From assembly GCA_963702425.1 (NCBI GenBank), contig CAVPCQ010000015.1, positions 95,382 to 159,381 on the forward strand: 64,000 nucleotides of DNA, written 5' to 3'. This stretch comes from an uncultured Acidobacteriota bacterium (lineage in GTDB: Bacteria > Acidobacteriota > Polarisedimenticolia > J045). This document shows, one piece after another, positions 48,239 through 58,198 of this stretch (position 1 is its first letter; each line of letters opens with the position of its first letter). The notes beneath the pieces were generated by a model. That model was not told the origin of the DNA. It searched no databases and saw nothing but the letters and a program-made list of their open reading frames with translations. The position numbers were made by a program, and so were the translations under genes.

Positions 48239-50710
48239 TCAGCCGGAGACGGCCCGGCGCAGGCCCGCGAAATCTCCCATCGCGCGCACGCTCTCGAGCA
48301 GCGGGTCCTCGTCGAGCCGGCGCGCATCGGCCCACCCGGCCGCGGCGGCACGCTCGAGCCATGCGAGCGCTTCCTCGGGACGGCCCGCGGCCACCGCCGC
48401 AAGCGCGAGGTCGACCTGGATCGCCGCCACTCCACCCTCCCAGTGCCAGCTGAAATCGAAGCCGTTGGCCCGTTCGAGGCCCTGCGCCACGCGATCGCGG
48501 GCGCACTGCTCGTCCCCGCGCAGGCCGAGACTTCGGAACGCCCAGCTCGACAGCGCATCGGCGCGGGCGACCAGCCACCCGGCCCCGAGCGCCCGGGGGT
48601 GCTCGCCGGCCCGCTCCCGGAGGCGGTGCAGGCGTGCCGCCGCGTCGCCCGGCCGCCCGGCGCGCAGCGCGGCCTCCGCCGCGACGCGCAGCGCCACGAG
48701 CGCCGAGACGTGCGCGTACACGTGGTCGTCGGTCGCGAGCGCGTCGAGCGCGCGGTCGGCCTGCGCGGTCGCGCCGTCGAGATCGCCGCTGCGCAGCGCG
48801 AGCAGCGCCAGGGCCGGTCCCGCGCCGACGAACCGCGCCAGCTCGAAGTGCCGGCTGCGCTCGATCTCCGCCGCCGCCTCGAGCGGCACGCGCGCCTCCT
48901 CGTAGCGGCCGCACTGGAGCTTCGCGGCCCCGAGCAGCAGTTGCGCGGCCGAGAAACGTGGGGCCAGGCGGGCCGCCTCGTCCAGCGGCTCGATCGAGCG
49001 CCTGAGCCACCAGCGGTCGCCCGGGTCCTGGCCCCGCCCGAGTCGCAACGCGCCGAGGAAGTAGTGCGCCAGCGGCTCGCCCGGATCGCGGGCGATCGCG
49101 CGGCTGCCGGTCTCCTCCGCCGCGTCGACGCGCCCGAGCCGCCCATAGGCGTAGGCCAGCCAGGTCAGCGGCTCGACGTACTCGGGGTCGAGCTCGAGCG
49201 CCCGCCGCAGGTGCTGCTCGGCGGCCTCGAGGTCGGCGCGGTCGGTGGTGGCGATGAACCGCATCGCGCACAGCTGCCCGAGCCCGCCGTGCGGGAGCGC
49301 CCAGTCGGGGGAGGCCGCGATCGCGCGCTCGAAGAGTCCCCGGGCCTCCGCGAGGCTCGCCGGCGACATCGCGTTCACCTTCTCCTTCGCGCGGGCGAAC
49401 AGCTCGAAGGCGTCGAGGGGAGCGATCGCCGCGCGCGCCGCCGGGGTCGCCCGCGTCAGCCCGGCGCCGCTCAGCTCCGCATCGAGCGCCGCGACGATCT
49501 CCCCCACCAGCCGGTCCTGGAGAGCGAAGATCCCGGCCAGCGCCCCGTCGAGCTTGAACGCGGAGGCGACGCGCTCCACCTCGACGTCGTGCAGCTCGGC
49601 GGTCACGCGGACCGCGGAGCCGAGCACCTGGAAGCGGCCGGCCACGATGAAGGCGGTCCCGAGCGCCCGGCCGAGGCGCACCGGGTCCCCGCCGCACTCC
49701 GCCGCCTTGGCGACGGCGCGATCCCGACCGAAGACCTGCAGGCCGGCGACGCGGCGCAGCTCAACGGTCAGCGTCTCGGCCAGGCCGACACCGAGCCAGT
49801 CGGTGGCCGGGTCGGCGGCGAGGCTCTCGAACGCGGCGACCGCGATCGAGCGCGGGATCGGCGCGGCCGCGGCGGCGGCCGCGGGGGCCGTGCCCAGCTC
49901 GACCTGCGCGAGGTCCTGCGCCAGCGGTTCCGCGGACGCGTAGCGAGCGCGGGGGTCCTTCTCGAGGCAGCGCGCGACGAGGCGCGCCAGCGCGGCGGGT
50001 GCGTCGAGCGGCGGCGGCGGATCGCGCAGGATGCTCGACGCGACCTCGGCCGGCGATGTGCCCCCGAACGGCCGGCGGCCGGTCAGCATCTCGTGGAACA
50101 GCACGCCGAGCGAGAAGACGTCGGCCTCCGCGCCGGACGGGCGGCCGGCAAGGCGCTCCGGGGCCATGTAGGCGACGGTACCCGCGATCATCCCGGTCGC
50201 GGTCCGGGTCGGGGCGTCGTCTTCCGGCTCGTCGGGCAGCGCCTGCGATGCGATGCCGAAGTCGAGGACCTTGAGCCGGCCCTCGCGGTCGAGCATCACG
50301 TTCGCCGGCTTGAGGTCGCGGTGGACCACGCCGCGGCGGTGCGCGGCGGCGACGGCAGCCGCGAGGGTGCGGGCGAGCTCGAGAAAGTGCACCGGCGTGA
50401 GACCAGCGGGGCCGATCACGCGCTCGAGCGTCTCGCCGTCCACGAATTCCATGGTCAGGAAGTCGACGCCGTCGGCCGACTCGATCGAGTGCAGGGTGAC
50501 GATGTTGGGGTGGTTGAGCGCCGCGACCGCGCGCGCCTCGTCCTCGAAGCGCCGGCGGCGCGCCGGATCGCCGGCGAACGCTGCTGGCAGGACCTTCAGC
50601 GCCACCTCGCGACCCAGGCGTGGGTCCCGGGCGAGGAAGACCTCGCCCATCCCGCCCGCGCCGAGCGGACGGAGGATCTCGTAGGGCCCAAGGCGCGATC
50701 CGTGGTGCAC
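48239..50710 (-). CDS. Cytoplasmic Ser/Thr kinase with TolB_N-like and TPR domains
   Basis: LGAGGMGEV, RDPRLGREVALK, HRDLKPAN, DFGIA, GTVAYMAPE; SIAV..F..L domain; TPRs; no TM. Confidence 0.9.
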   Translation of the reverse strand: MHHGSRLGPYEILRPLGAGGMGEVFLARDPRLGREVALKVLPAAFAGDPARRRRFEDEARAVAALNHPNIVTLHSIESADGVDFLTMEFVDGETLERVIGPAGLTPVHFLELARTLAAAVAAAHRRGVVHRDLKPANVMLDREGRLKVLDFGIASQALPDEPEDDAPTRTATGMIAGTVAYMAPERLAGRPSGAEADVFSLGVLFHEMLTGRRPFGGTSPAEVASSILRDPPPPLDAPAALARLVARCLEKDPRARYASAEPLAQDLAQVELGTAPAAAAAAAPIPRSIAVAAFESLAADPATDWLGVGLAETLTVELRRVAGLQVFGRDRAVAKAAECGGDPVRLGRALGTAFIVAGRFQVLGSAVRVTAELHDVEVERVASAFKLDGALAGIFALQDRLVGEIVAALDAELSGAGLTRATPAARAAIAPLDAFELFARAKEKVNAMSPASLAEARGLFERAIAASPDWALPHGGLGQLCAMRFIATTDRADLEAAEQHLRRALELDPEYVEPLTWLAYAYGRLGRVDAAEETGSRAIARDPGEPLAHYFLGALRLGRGQDPGDRWWLRRSIEPLDEAARLAPRFSAAQLLLGAAKLQCGRYEEARVPLEAAAEIERSRHFELARFVGAGPALALLALRSGDLDGATAQADRALDALATDDHVYAHVSALVALRVAAEAALRAGRPGDAAARLHRLRERAGEHPRALGAGWLVARADALSSWAFRSLGLRGDEQCARDRVAQGLERANGFDFSWHWEGGVAAIQVDLALAAVAAGRPEEALAWLERAAAAGWADARRLDEDPLLESVRAMGDFAGLRRAVSG

Positions 50711-50758
50711 GGCGGCATTATCCGTCGAGAGGACCGGCGGGGCCGGATCGGGATCGCC

Positions 50759-51274
50759 TCACCCCGTGAACTGCAGGAACTCCACGGGCGCGCCGTCGCA
50801 GACGACGAAGGCCACGAGGACGCCCGGCGAGGGGCTGTTCGGCGGGATGAGGATCTCGTGGCCGGCGAGCGCCCGCTCCAGGTCGTCCACCTCGAAGGCC
50901 ACGTGCGGAACGGTCTTCACCAGCTCCGGGAGCCCGCACCCCTCCTCGTAACGCATCCACTGGATCCCGAACGGGTTGCGCTCGTGATCGGTGCAGAAGA
51001 CGCAGTACCCCTTCAGGTAGGTCTCGCCGCCTTGCGGCGACTGCGTCGGGATCCCGACGTGGTGGTACTTCATCGCCGCGCGGTTTCCGTCGCCCTCCAC
51101 CGCGCGACGGGGACGGCGAACCAGCTCCCCGCCGCAGTTCGGACAGATGCCGCCAAGTTTCGCGTCCGCGCAGGTTGCGCAGAACGTGCACTCGAAGGAG
51201 CAGATGCGCGCTTCGGCGGAGTCGGGGGGAAGATCGCGGTGGCAGAACTCACAGCCGTGGCGCAGCTCGAGCAT
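50759..51274 (-). CDS. DUF1272-like Cys-rich domain fused in frame to a VOC-like domain
   Basis: MLELRHGCEFC.RDLPPDS.EARICSFECTFC..C....GICPNCGGELVRRP runs without a stop into MKYHHVGIPT...PHVAFEVDDL (internal ATG 51073). Confidence 0.7.
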   Translation of the reverse strand: MLELRHGCEFCHRDLPPDSAEARICSFECTFCATCADAKLGGICPNCGGELVRRPRRAVEGDGNRAAMKYHHVGIPTQSPQGGETYLKGYCVFCTDHERNPFGIQWMRYEEGCGLPELVKTVPHVAFEVDDLERALAGHEILIPPNSPSPGVLVAFVVCDGAPVEFLQFTG

Positions 51275-51293
51275 GGGGCACCTCCCTGCCCGG

Positions 51294-51440
51294 CTACCTT
51301 GCCGGCAGCTGGTAGCTGATGCACTCTTCCGCCTTCGGTGCGGCGGCCTTGATGATCCCACGAAGGGTCTCGAGGGCGGCTCGCTTCTCGGCGCTCACTC
51401 CTTCGAGGTACTCGTCGATGGTCGTCGGCTTGCGCTTCAT
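51294..51440 (-). pseudogene. Truncated DUF1801/YdhG-like gene
   Basis: 48 aa MKRKPTTIDEYL....EKRAALE.LR..IKAAAP.AEECISYQLPA then TAG; matches only the N-terminal part of the family. Confidence 0.65.
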
Positions 51441-51934
51441 CTCTCGCCCTCCCGGAAGCGGTCGAGTGTGGTCATCGGGGTCTCGCTGACCCGGCGTGTC
51501 TTACCCAGCAATCGCAGCGTCCTGCTGTCAGGCTCACCCTGGTCGTACTTGTCGATCAGCCGATGGAAAGCCGAGCCCGCGGGCGACACGCAGGCGAACA
51601 GCGTCGCGCAGGATCGCAGCTTCATGTCGTCGGGGGAGCCGAAGATCTCGACCGCGGACAGCCCCTCGATGCGGAGCGCCGCCTCGGCGCACTCCACCAG
51701 CCGCGGCCCGAGAACGGGGTGGGCGAGGTACGCCTCGGCTTCCGCAACGCTCTTGATCGAGTAGCTCCGGGAGGTCGGGCTGTCCCCCAGCCCCTCGAAC
51801 TGGGGGAAGACGTACCACATCCAGTGGGACCGCTTCCGGCCGGTCCTGATCTCGGAGAGCGCCTGCTCGTAGCAATCCGCCTGGGCCTGCACGAAGCGGC
51901 CCAGGTCGTGCGGGTCGTCCACGGCGCCCATCAC
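51437..51934 (-). CDS. DUF1810 family protein
   Basis: DL.RFV.AQ...YE.AL.E...GRKRSHWMWYVFPQ..GLG.S, YLAHPVLG.RL, DDMKL.SC.TLF. Confidence 0.88.
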   Translation of the reverse strand: MMGAVDDPHDLGRFVQAQADCYEQALSEIRTGRKRSHWMWYVFPQFEGLGDSPTSRSYSIKSVAEAEAYLAHPVLGPRLVECAEAALRIEGLSAVEIFGSPDDMKLRSCATLFACVSPAGSAFHRLIDKYDQGEPDSRTLRLLGKTRRVSETPMTTLDRFREGER

Positions 51935-51944
51935 TCCGCTCGCC

Positions 51945-53926
51945 CTACGTCCGCAGCCCCGGGTACGGCCGCCGCGTGCGCCAGAGGATCCAGAACGCCA
52001 GCGCCAGCACGACTGCGGCGACGACGTAGTAGACCGGCGGGAGGTCGGCCAGGTCCGCCCCGCTCCGCCCCGCCCCGATCGCGAGCGCGTTGTTCAGCGC
52101 GTGCCACAGCATCGACGGGAAGATCGAGCCGGTCAGCAGCACCGCCGAGGTGAGGAGCACGCCGAGAAACGCCGTCGGCGCGATCCGAAACAGGGCCGAG
52201 TGGAACAGGCCGAAGATGATCCCGACCGTCAGCACCAGTGCGACGGGCCGCAGCCGCTTGGAGAGGCCGTAGGTCAGCACGCCGCGGAAGGCGATCTCCT
52301 CGAAGATCCCCGGCAGGACGGCCAGGAACAGGAACATCTGCCAGAGCGGCATCTCGTGCGGCGCGAGCGTCTCGGAGAACGCGCGCAGCAGCGCCTCGGG
52401 CACCGGGAAGAGCAGGCTCGCCAGCCGGAACACCCCGATCCCGGTCACGAGGCCGGCCGGCACGCCGATCAGCACCGCCAGCCACGCCGCGGGGTGCGGG
52501 GCGCGCAGCGCGAGCGCCTCCTGCGGATCGAGCCGGAAGCGGCGGATCAGGAAGAACGCGCCGCCGCCGAAGATCAGCAGGACGTTGAACAGCACCTGGC
52601 GCTCGATCGTCTGCATCCACTCGACGTTGAGCGCCACGACGAACTGGATCACCCAGAACAGCCCGAACCAGAAGAGCACGCGGCGCGGGAAGAGCGCCGC
52701 GCCGCCGAGCGCTTCCGCCGCGTCGCGCTGTCCCGCCGCCAGCAGCCGCTCGCCGGTCAGCGTGCGCGCCGCGAGGCGGGTCACCCAGACCGCGGCCGCC
52801 GCCGTGATCAGCCAGGCCAGCGCCAGCATCGGCCAGTCGGGGCGGCCGGACAGGAACTCGGTCACCCCGACGCTGAGGTTGGCGACCGGCACCAGCACGA
52901 TCGCCGAGCGCAGCTCGATTCCCGGGAGGAAGGCCGCCGCAGGCGGGAGCAGCGAGCCGAGGAAGAGCGGCAGGAAGTAGCTCTGCGCCTCGCGGTAGGT
53001 GCGGGCCTGGCCCGAGATGTAGAGCAGCAGCGCCGACAGCAGGGCCGCCACCGGCAGGAAGAGCACGAACAGCACGACCAGCCGTCCCGGCGTCAGCGCG
53101 GCGAGCAGGTCGTTCGGAAGCTGGAACAGCTTCAGGCCGCCCCACAGCGCGAGGTTCAGCACCTGGAGCAGCGTGATCGCCAGCGCGACGCACAGGATCA
53201 GGAGCAGCTTGGCAGCGATGATGTCGCGCCGCCCCGCGGCGCTGGTCAGGAGCGTCTCGAGCGTGCCGCGCTCCTTCTCGCCGGCCAGCGTGTCCACTGC
53301 CACGACCGACCCGCCGCCGAGGATCAGGAAAACGAGCATCAGCGTCAGCGCGCGGCCGAAGCGGGATCCGGCGGAGCCGGCCTCCGGCGCCAGGTCGACG
53401 GCCTCGGCAGGGAGCACCTCCGCGCGCACCACGGCGACGCCGCGTTCGGCGAGCAGCGTCCCCTGGCGCCCCTCGATCGCCCGTGTGAGCGCGTCGTCCA
53501 GCCGGCGCGTGGCGGCCTGCGACTCCTCGCGGTCGCCGCGGAAGTGGAGCAGCAGGCGCGGGACGGGCGGCCTGGCGTCCGCCTCCGGCGCGAGCGCCTC
53601 GATCCAGACCTGGATCGTCCCGTCGTCGAGCGCCGGGGCGGGGTCCTCGCTGTCGATCTCCTTGAGGCGCCCCTCCTGCGCCCCCGACGTCAGCGACTCG
53701 GCGACCAGCGCCCTGGCCAGCGCGGCCTCCGGCCCGGTCACCGCGTAGGCGTGGATTGCCGTCGCCAGCTTCGCCTCATGGCTCGTTTCGCGCTGGCGCG
53801 AGAGGTAGAGCAGCCCCGGGGTTACCAGCGCCGGCAGCAGGATCGAGAGCAGGACGGTGCGCCGGTCGCGCAGCGCCGACTTCAGCTCGGTCGAGAACAG
53901 CGCGAGCACGACCTTGGGATCGATCC

Positions 53927-53930
<4 letters not shown>
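51945..53930 (-). CDS. ABC-2 permease fused to CPBP (CAAX/Rce1-like) intramembrane protease, copy 1
   Basis: RDRRT, AGEKERGTLETLL permease motifs; C-terminal EEIAFRG, FGLFH, H.LNN; GTG 53930. Confidence 0.88.
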
Positions 53931-54669
<739 letters not shown>

Positions 54670-54673
<4 letters not shown>

Positions 54674-55947
54674 CGTGCCCCCTTCGCGGCGGGTTGGGGC
54701 TTCTTGCCGCGCAGGAACTTGACCAGGCTCCCGCCGTGGGAACCGACCAGGAAATCCTCGAACCGCAGCACGTACGCAGCGAGCCAGAGCGTCGCGACCA
54801 CAAGCGCCGCCTCGACCAGCAGCGTCAGGCCGATCAGCGGTCCGTCGAAGTGCCCGGCAATTGCCTCACGAAACATGATCGCGACGTTCAGCACGGGAAC
54901 GAGCGCCGTCCCGACCGTCCAGGGCGTGCCGCGCACCAGCATGATCGGCAGGATCGTCATCAGGTAGAGCGGCATCACCAGCGACTGCCCCTCCTTGAAG
55001 GTCCGCGCGAACGAGGCCAGCAGCATCATCCCTGCCGCCAGGAAGAGGGCCAGCAGAATCGTTCCCGCCAGCACCACCGGGATTGCGAGCCAGGGGATCG
55101 AGAACTCCATCCCCTTCTCGCCGGCGCGCTCCAGCAGCGGGGACAGGATCCGGCCCATCGAGAACGTCATGGCACCGAGGTTGAGCACGCCGGCGGTGAT
55201 GCCGAAGGTCGCCACCAGGAAGTACTTGGCAAAGACGACGCTCTCCCGCCGAACGCCGGTCGAGGCCAGCGTCTCCCAGGTTCCGCGTTCGCGCTCCCCG
55301 GCGGTGGCGTCGATCGCCGGGTAGAAGCAGCCGACGGCGCACATCAGCAGCAGGAACGTGGGCAGCATCAGGCCGAGGATGAACTGCCCCTTTTCGCGTG
55401 CGCTCGAGCGGTCCTGGTCGCCGGTGGTCGCGACGCTCCACTGGGCGTCGGTCACGCCGCGCGCGGACGCCTCATGCTCGAGCATCGTGCCCCGCTGGTC
55501 GGCCAGACGCCGGTCGAGCCGGTCCTTCGCCTCGCGGCTGCGGTCGCGCGATCCATCGTGGAGCAGCCGGACGCGCGCGTTGCCGGGGAGCCCCGACGCT
55601 TCCCCCGCAGGGGCCGGCTCGAAGACCAGCGCCGCGTCGAGCCGCCCCGCGCGGATCTCGGCCTCGGCCTCCGCCGCGCCCGGCACCTCGACGATCCGGT
55701 ACTTCTCGTCGCGACCGACTTCCGCCGTCATCGGCTTCAGCGCCGCCGGCGCACCGATGAACGCGACGCGCGAGGTGAACCCCTCCGTCTTCCCCCGGAT
55801 GAAGGTGATCGCGGTGAACGCCACCCAGAGGAGGATCGGGTAGAGGAAGATCGGGATCAGGATCGAGTTGGTGACGAGCGAGCGCTCGCGCAGCGCGGAG
55901 CGCAGCTCCATCCCGTACCAGGTGAGGATCTCGCGCCAACGGGGCAA
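54670..55947 (-). CDS. ABC-2 permease (NatB-like), copy 1
   Basis: FYPAIDATAGERERGTWETL, ARTFKEGQS; TTG start is tentative. Confidence 0.87.
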
Positions 55948-55972
55948 GGGAGGGCTCCGGCGAAGTGCGGTC

Positions 55973-56002
55973 AGCCTAGGCGGGGCGCGGCCGGGGTGTC
56001 AA
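55973..56002 (-). promoter_or_regulatory. Putative sigma70 promoter of the ABC operon, copy 1
   Basis: TTGACA-N18-TAGGCT on the minus strand. Confidence 0.55.
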
Positions 56003-56896
56003 TCCTGAGCCGGCTGCCGGCGGCGCTTCGCCCCGCGCCGCGATCGCTTCCGCCAGGGCCACGATCCGCCGCGCGTTCTCGACGTGCAGCGCCTCGATCA
56101 GCCGACCCTCCAGCACGACCACTCCCGACCCCATCACGAGCGCCCGCGCGTGCGCGTCGATCACCCGCCGCGACCAGGCGATTTCCTCGGACGACGGTGC
56201 GAAGATCCGGTTCGCGGCCGCGATCTGGCGGGGGTGAACGAGCGTCTTGCCGTCGAACCCCAGCGACCGCCCCTGCGCGCAGGTCCGCTCGAACCCCGCA
56301 TCGTCCTCGAGATCGAGGTGCACGCCGTCGAGCGCGGCCAGGCCTTCGGCGCGCGCCGCGAGCACGACCAGCGACAGGCTCGTGAGCACCTCGGTGCGAT
56401 CGGGGGTGTGCCGCGCGTGCAGGTCCTTCACCAGGTCCGAGGTCCCGGCGACGAGCCCCGCGAGCCGCGGGTGCGCGGCGGCGATCTCGGCCACCCGCAG
56501 CACGGCGCGCGGCGTCTCGATCATCGACCAGAGCGCGAGCCCGTCCGGTGCGCCGGCGGCCGCCAACGCGCCGGCCACGTCGATGATCTCCTCAGCGCGC
56601 TCGACCTTGGGGAGCAGGACGCCGTCGGCCCCCGACCGCGCCGCGGCGACGAGGTCCGCCGCCTGCCACGGTGTCCCCGCGCCGTTGACGCGCAGCAGGA
56701 TCTCGCGCCGCCCGAAACCCGCGGCGATCGCCGCCAGTGCGGCGTCGCGCGCGGGCTCCTTGGCGGACGGCGCGACGCCGTCCTCGAGATCGAGCAGAAG
56801 GCCGTCCACGGGCAGCTCGCGGGCCCTGGCGAGCGCACGGTCGTTCGCGGCGGGGACGTAGAGCAGGCTTCGGCGAGGGCGGGGGAGGTGCTCCAT
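55976..56896 (-). CDS. HpcH/CitE family CoA-ester lyase, copy 1
   Basis: RRSLLYVP, DLEDGV, RVN, LPKVE, MIETP, GTSDL, GFDGKTLVHP.QI. Confidence 0.9.
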   Translation of the reverse strand: MEHLPRPRRSLLYVPAANDRALARARELPVDGLLLDLEDGVAPSAKEPARDAALAAIAAGFGRREILLRVNGAGTPWQAADLVAAARSGADGVLLPKVERAEEIIDVAGALAAAGAPDGLALWSMIETPRAVLRVAEIAAAHPRLAGLVAGTSDLVKDLHARHTPDRTEVLTSLSLVVLAARAEGLAALDGVHLDLEDDAGFERTCAQGRSLGFDGKTLVHPRQIAAANRIFAPSSEEIAWSRRVIDAHARALVMGSGVVVLEGRLIEALHVENARRIVALAEAIAARGEAPPAAGSGLTPRPRPA

Positions 56897-57037
56897 CGGC
56901 GGCTCCGGCCGGGCCGTCCCGGCGGCACCGAGTCTCCCCCCGCCCGCCGGGCACCGCCCCCGGAAAAGTGGAGAAATTGGCCGATTGTGACTAAGGTTGT
57001 CTCCGGGATCGGGCCGGGTTCGACTAGGAGGGCTTGG

Positions 57038-58198
57038 GTGTCGAAAGGGACGTGCGGTTCGGTGCGCCCGCGCCGGACCCTGTGCCACGCCAGTACCGCC
57101 GCCGCCGTGCTCCTGGGCAGTGTGGCCTTGGCGTTCTCCGCCGACTCCGGCGGCCCTGTCTCCTGCGGAAAGGACTGGGCCTGGTCCTACGAGCTGCGTT
57201 TCCTGGCCGTCGGCGCCAGCCCCGCCGGCAGGTCGGCCGACAGGGCGCCATCCCCGTGCGGGGGCACCCGCATCGTGCCGATGGACTCACCCTGGCTCGG
57301 CCCGAAAGACTTTCGCGAGCTCTCGAAGATGTTCGGTGACCTCCCGGTCGACATCCTGCCGTGGGGCTACCTGGCGACCGCTCCGGACGGGGGGGAGGCC
57401 CGGCTTTCGGGTGCCGTTCCGTCCCGCGAGCCGTGGGTGATCCATTTCATCGGCACCCAGACCGAAGGGGCCGGCGATCTCCACGAGCTGGCGCTGTCGC
57501 TCGAGGGACTCGGGCACCACTTCGACGGCGAGATCTCCTTCCAGGCCCGCTCGGGAGAGACGCGCGGCGTTCGGTTCGGCCTGCCGTCGCGCGGCCAGCT
57601 CATCGTCCTCGTCACCCCGAGGCGCTGCGGCATGCTGGTGCCCGAGCTGGCGCGCCAGCGCCGGTACTTCTCCGGGCGGATCGAGTTGACCCCCCCGGAG
57701 AGCGCGCAGCAGGTCCCGCCCGTCTTCCCGGTCCTGGCACAGGTGCGCAACATCGACGGCCCGGTCGTGATGCGGGTCCTGATCGACGAGAAGGGGCAGC
57801 CCAGCGACCCGCTCGTCATGAGGTCGCCCCGCAACGAGCCGAGCCTGGTCAAGGCGGCAGTCGCGGCCGTGAGGGACTGGCGCTACCGTCCGGCCCGCGA
57901 GAACGGCGTCCCGGTGCCGGTCTTCCAGACCGCAGCCCGGGGTACGGCCGGCGCGTGCGCCAGAGGATCCAGAAGGTCAGCGCCAGCACGACTGCGGCGA
58001 CGACGTAGTAGACCGGCGGGAGGTCGGCGAGGCCCGCCCCGCTCCGCCCCGCCCCGATCGCGAGCGCGTTGTTCAGCCCGTGCCACAGCATCGACGGGAA
58101 GATCGAGCCGGTCAGCAGCACCGCCGAGGTCAGGAGCACGCCGAGAAACGCCGTCGGCGCGATCCGGAACAGGGCCGAGTGGAACAGGCCGAAGATGA
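57038..58198 (+). pseudogene. TonB C-terminal-domain protein, copy 1, broken at the duplication junction (57932) with an antisense-derived tail
   Basis: AGGAGG RBS and GTG 57038; P.FP..A....I.G.V.....IDE.G, AAV.AVR.WRY.PA..NG.PV; last strand VTMSFRL replaced by unrelated sequence. Confidence 0.7.

Noticed and set aside
45975-51319. Long alternative-frame ORFs (976, 958 and 640 aa) over the kinase genes
   Set aside because: They overlap well-supported kinases and have low-complexity Arg/Ala/Gly translations
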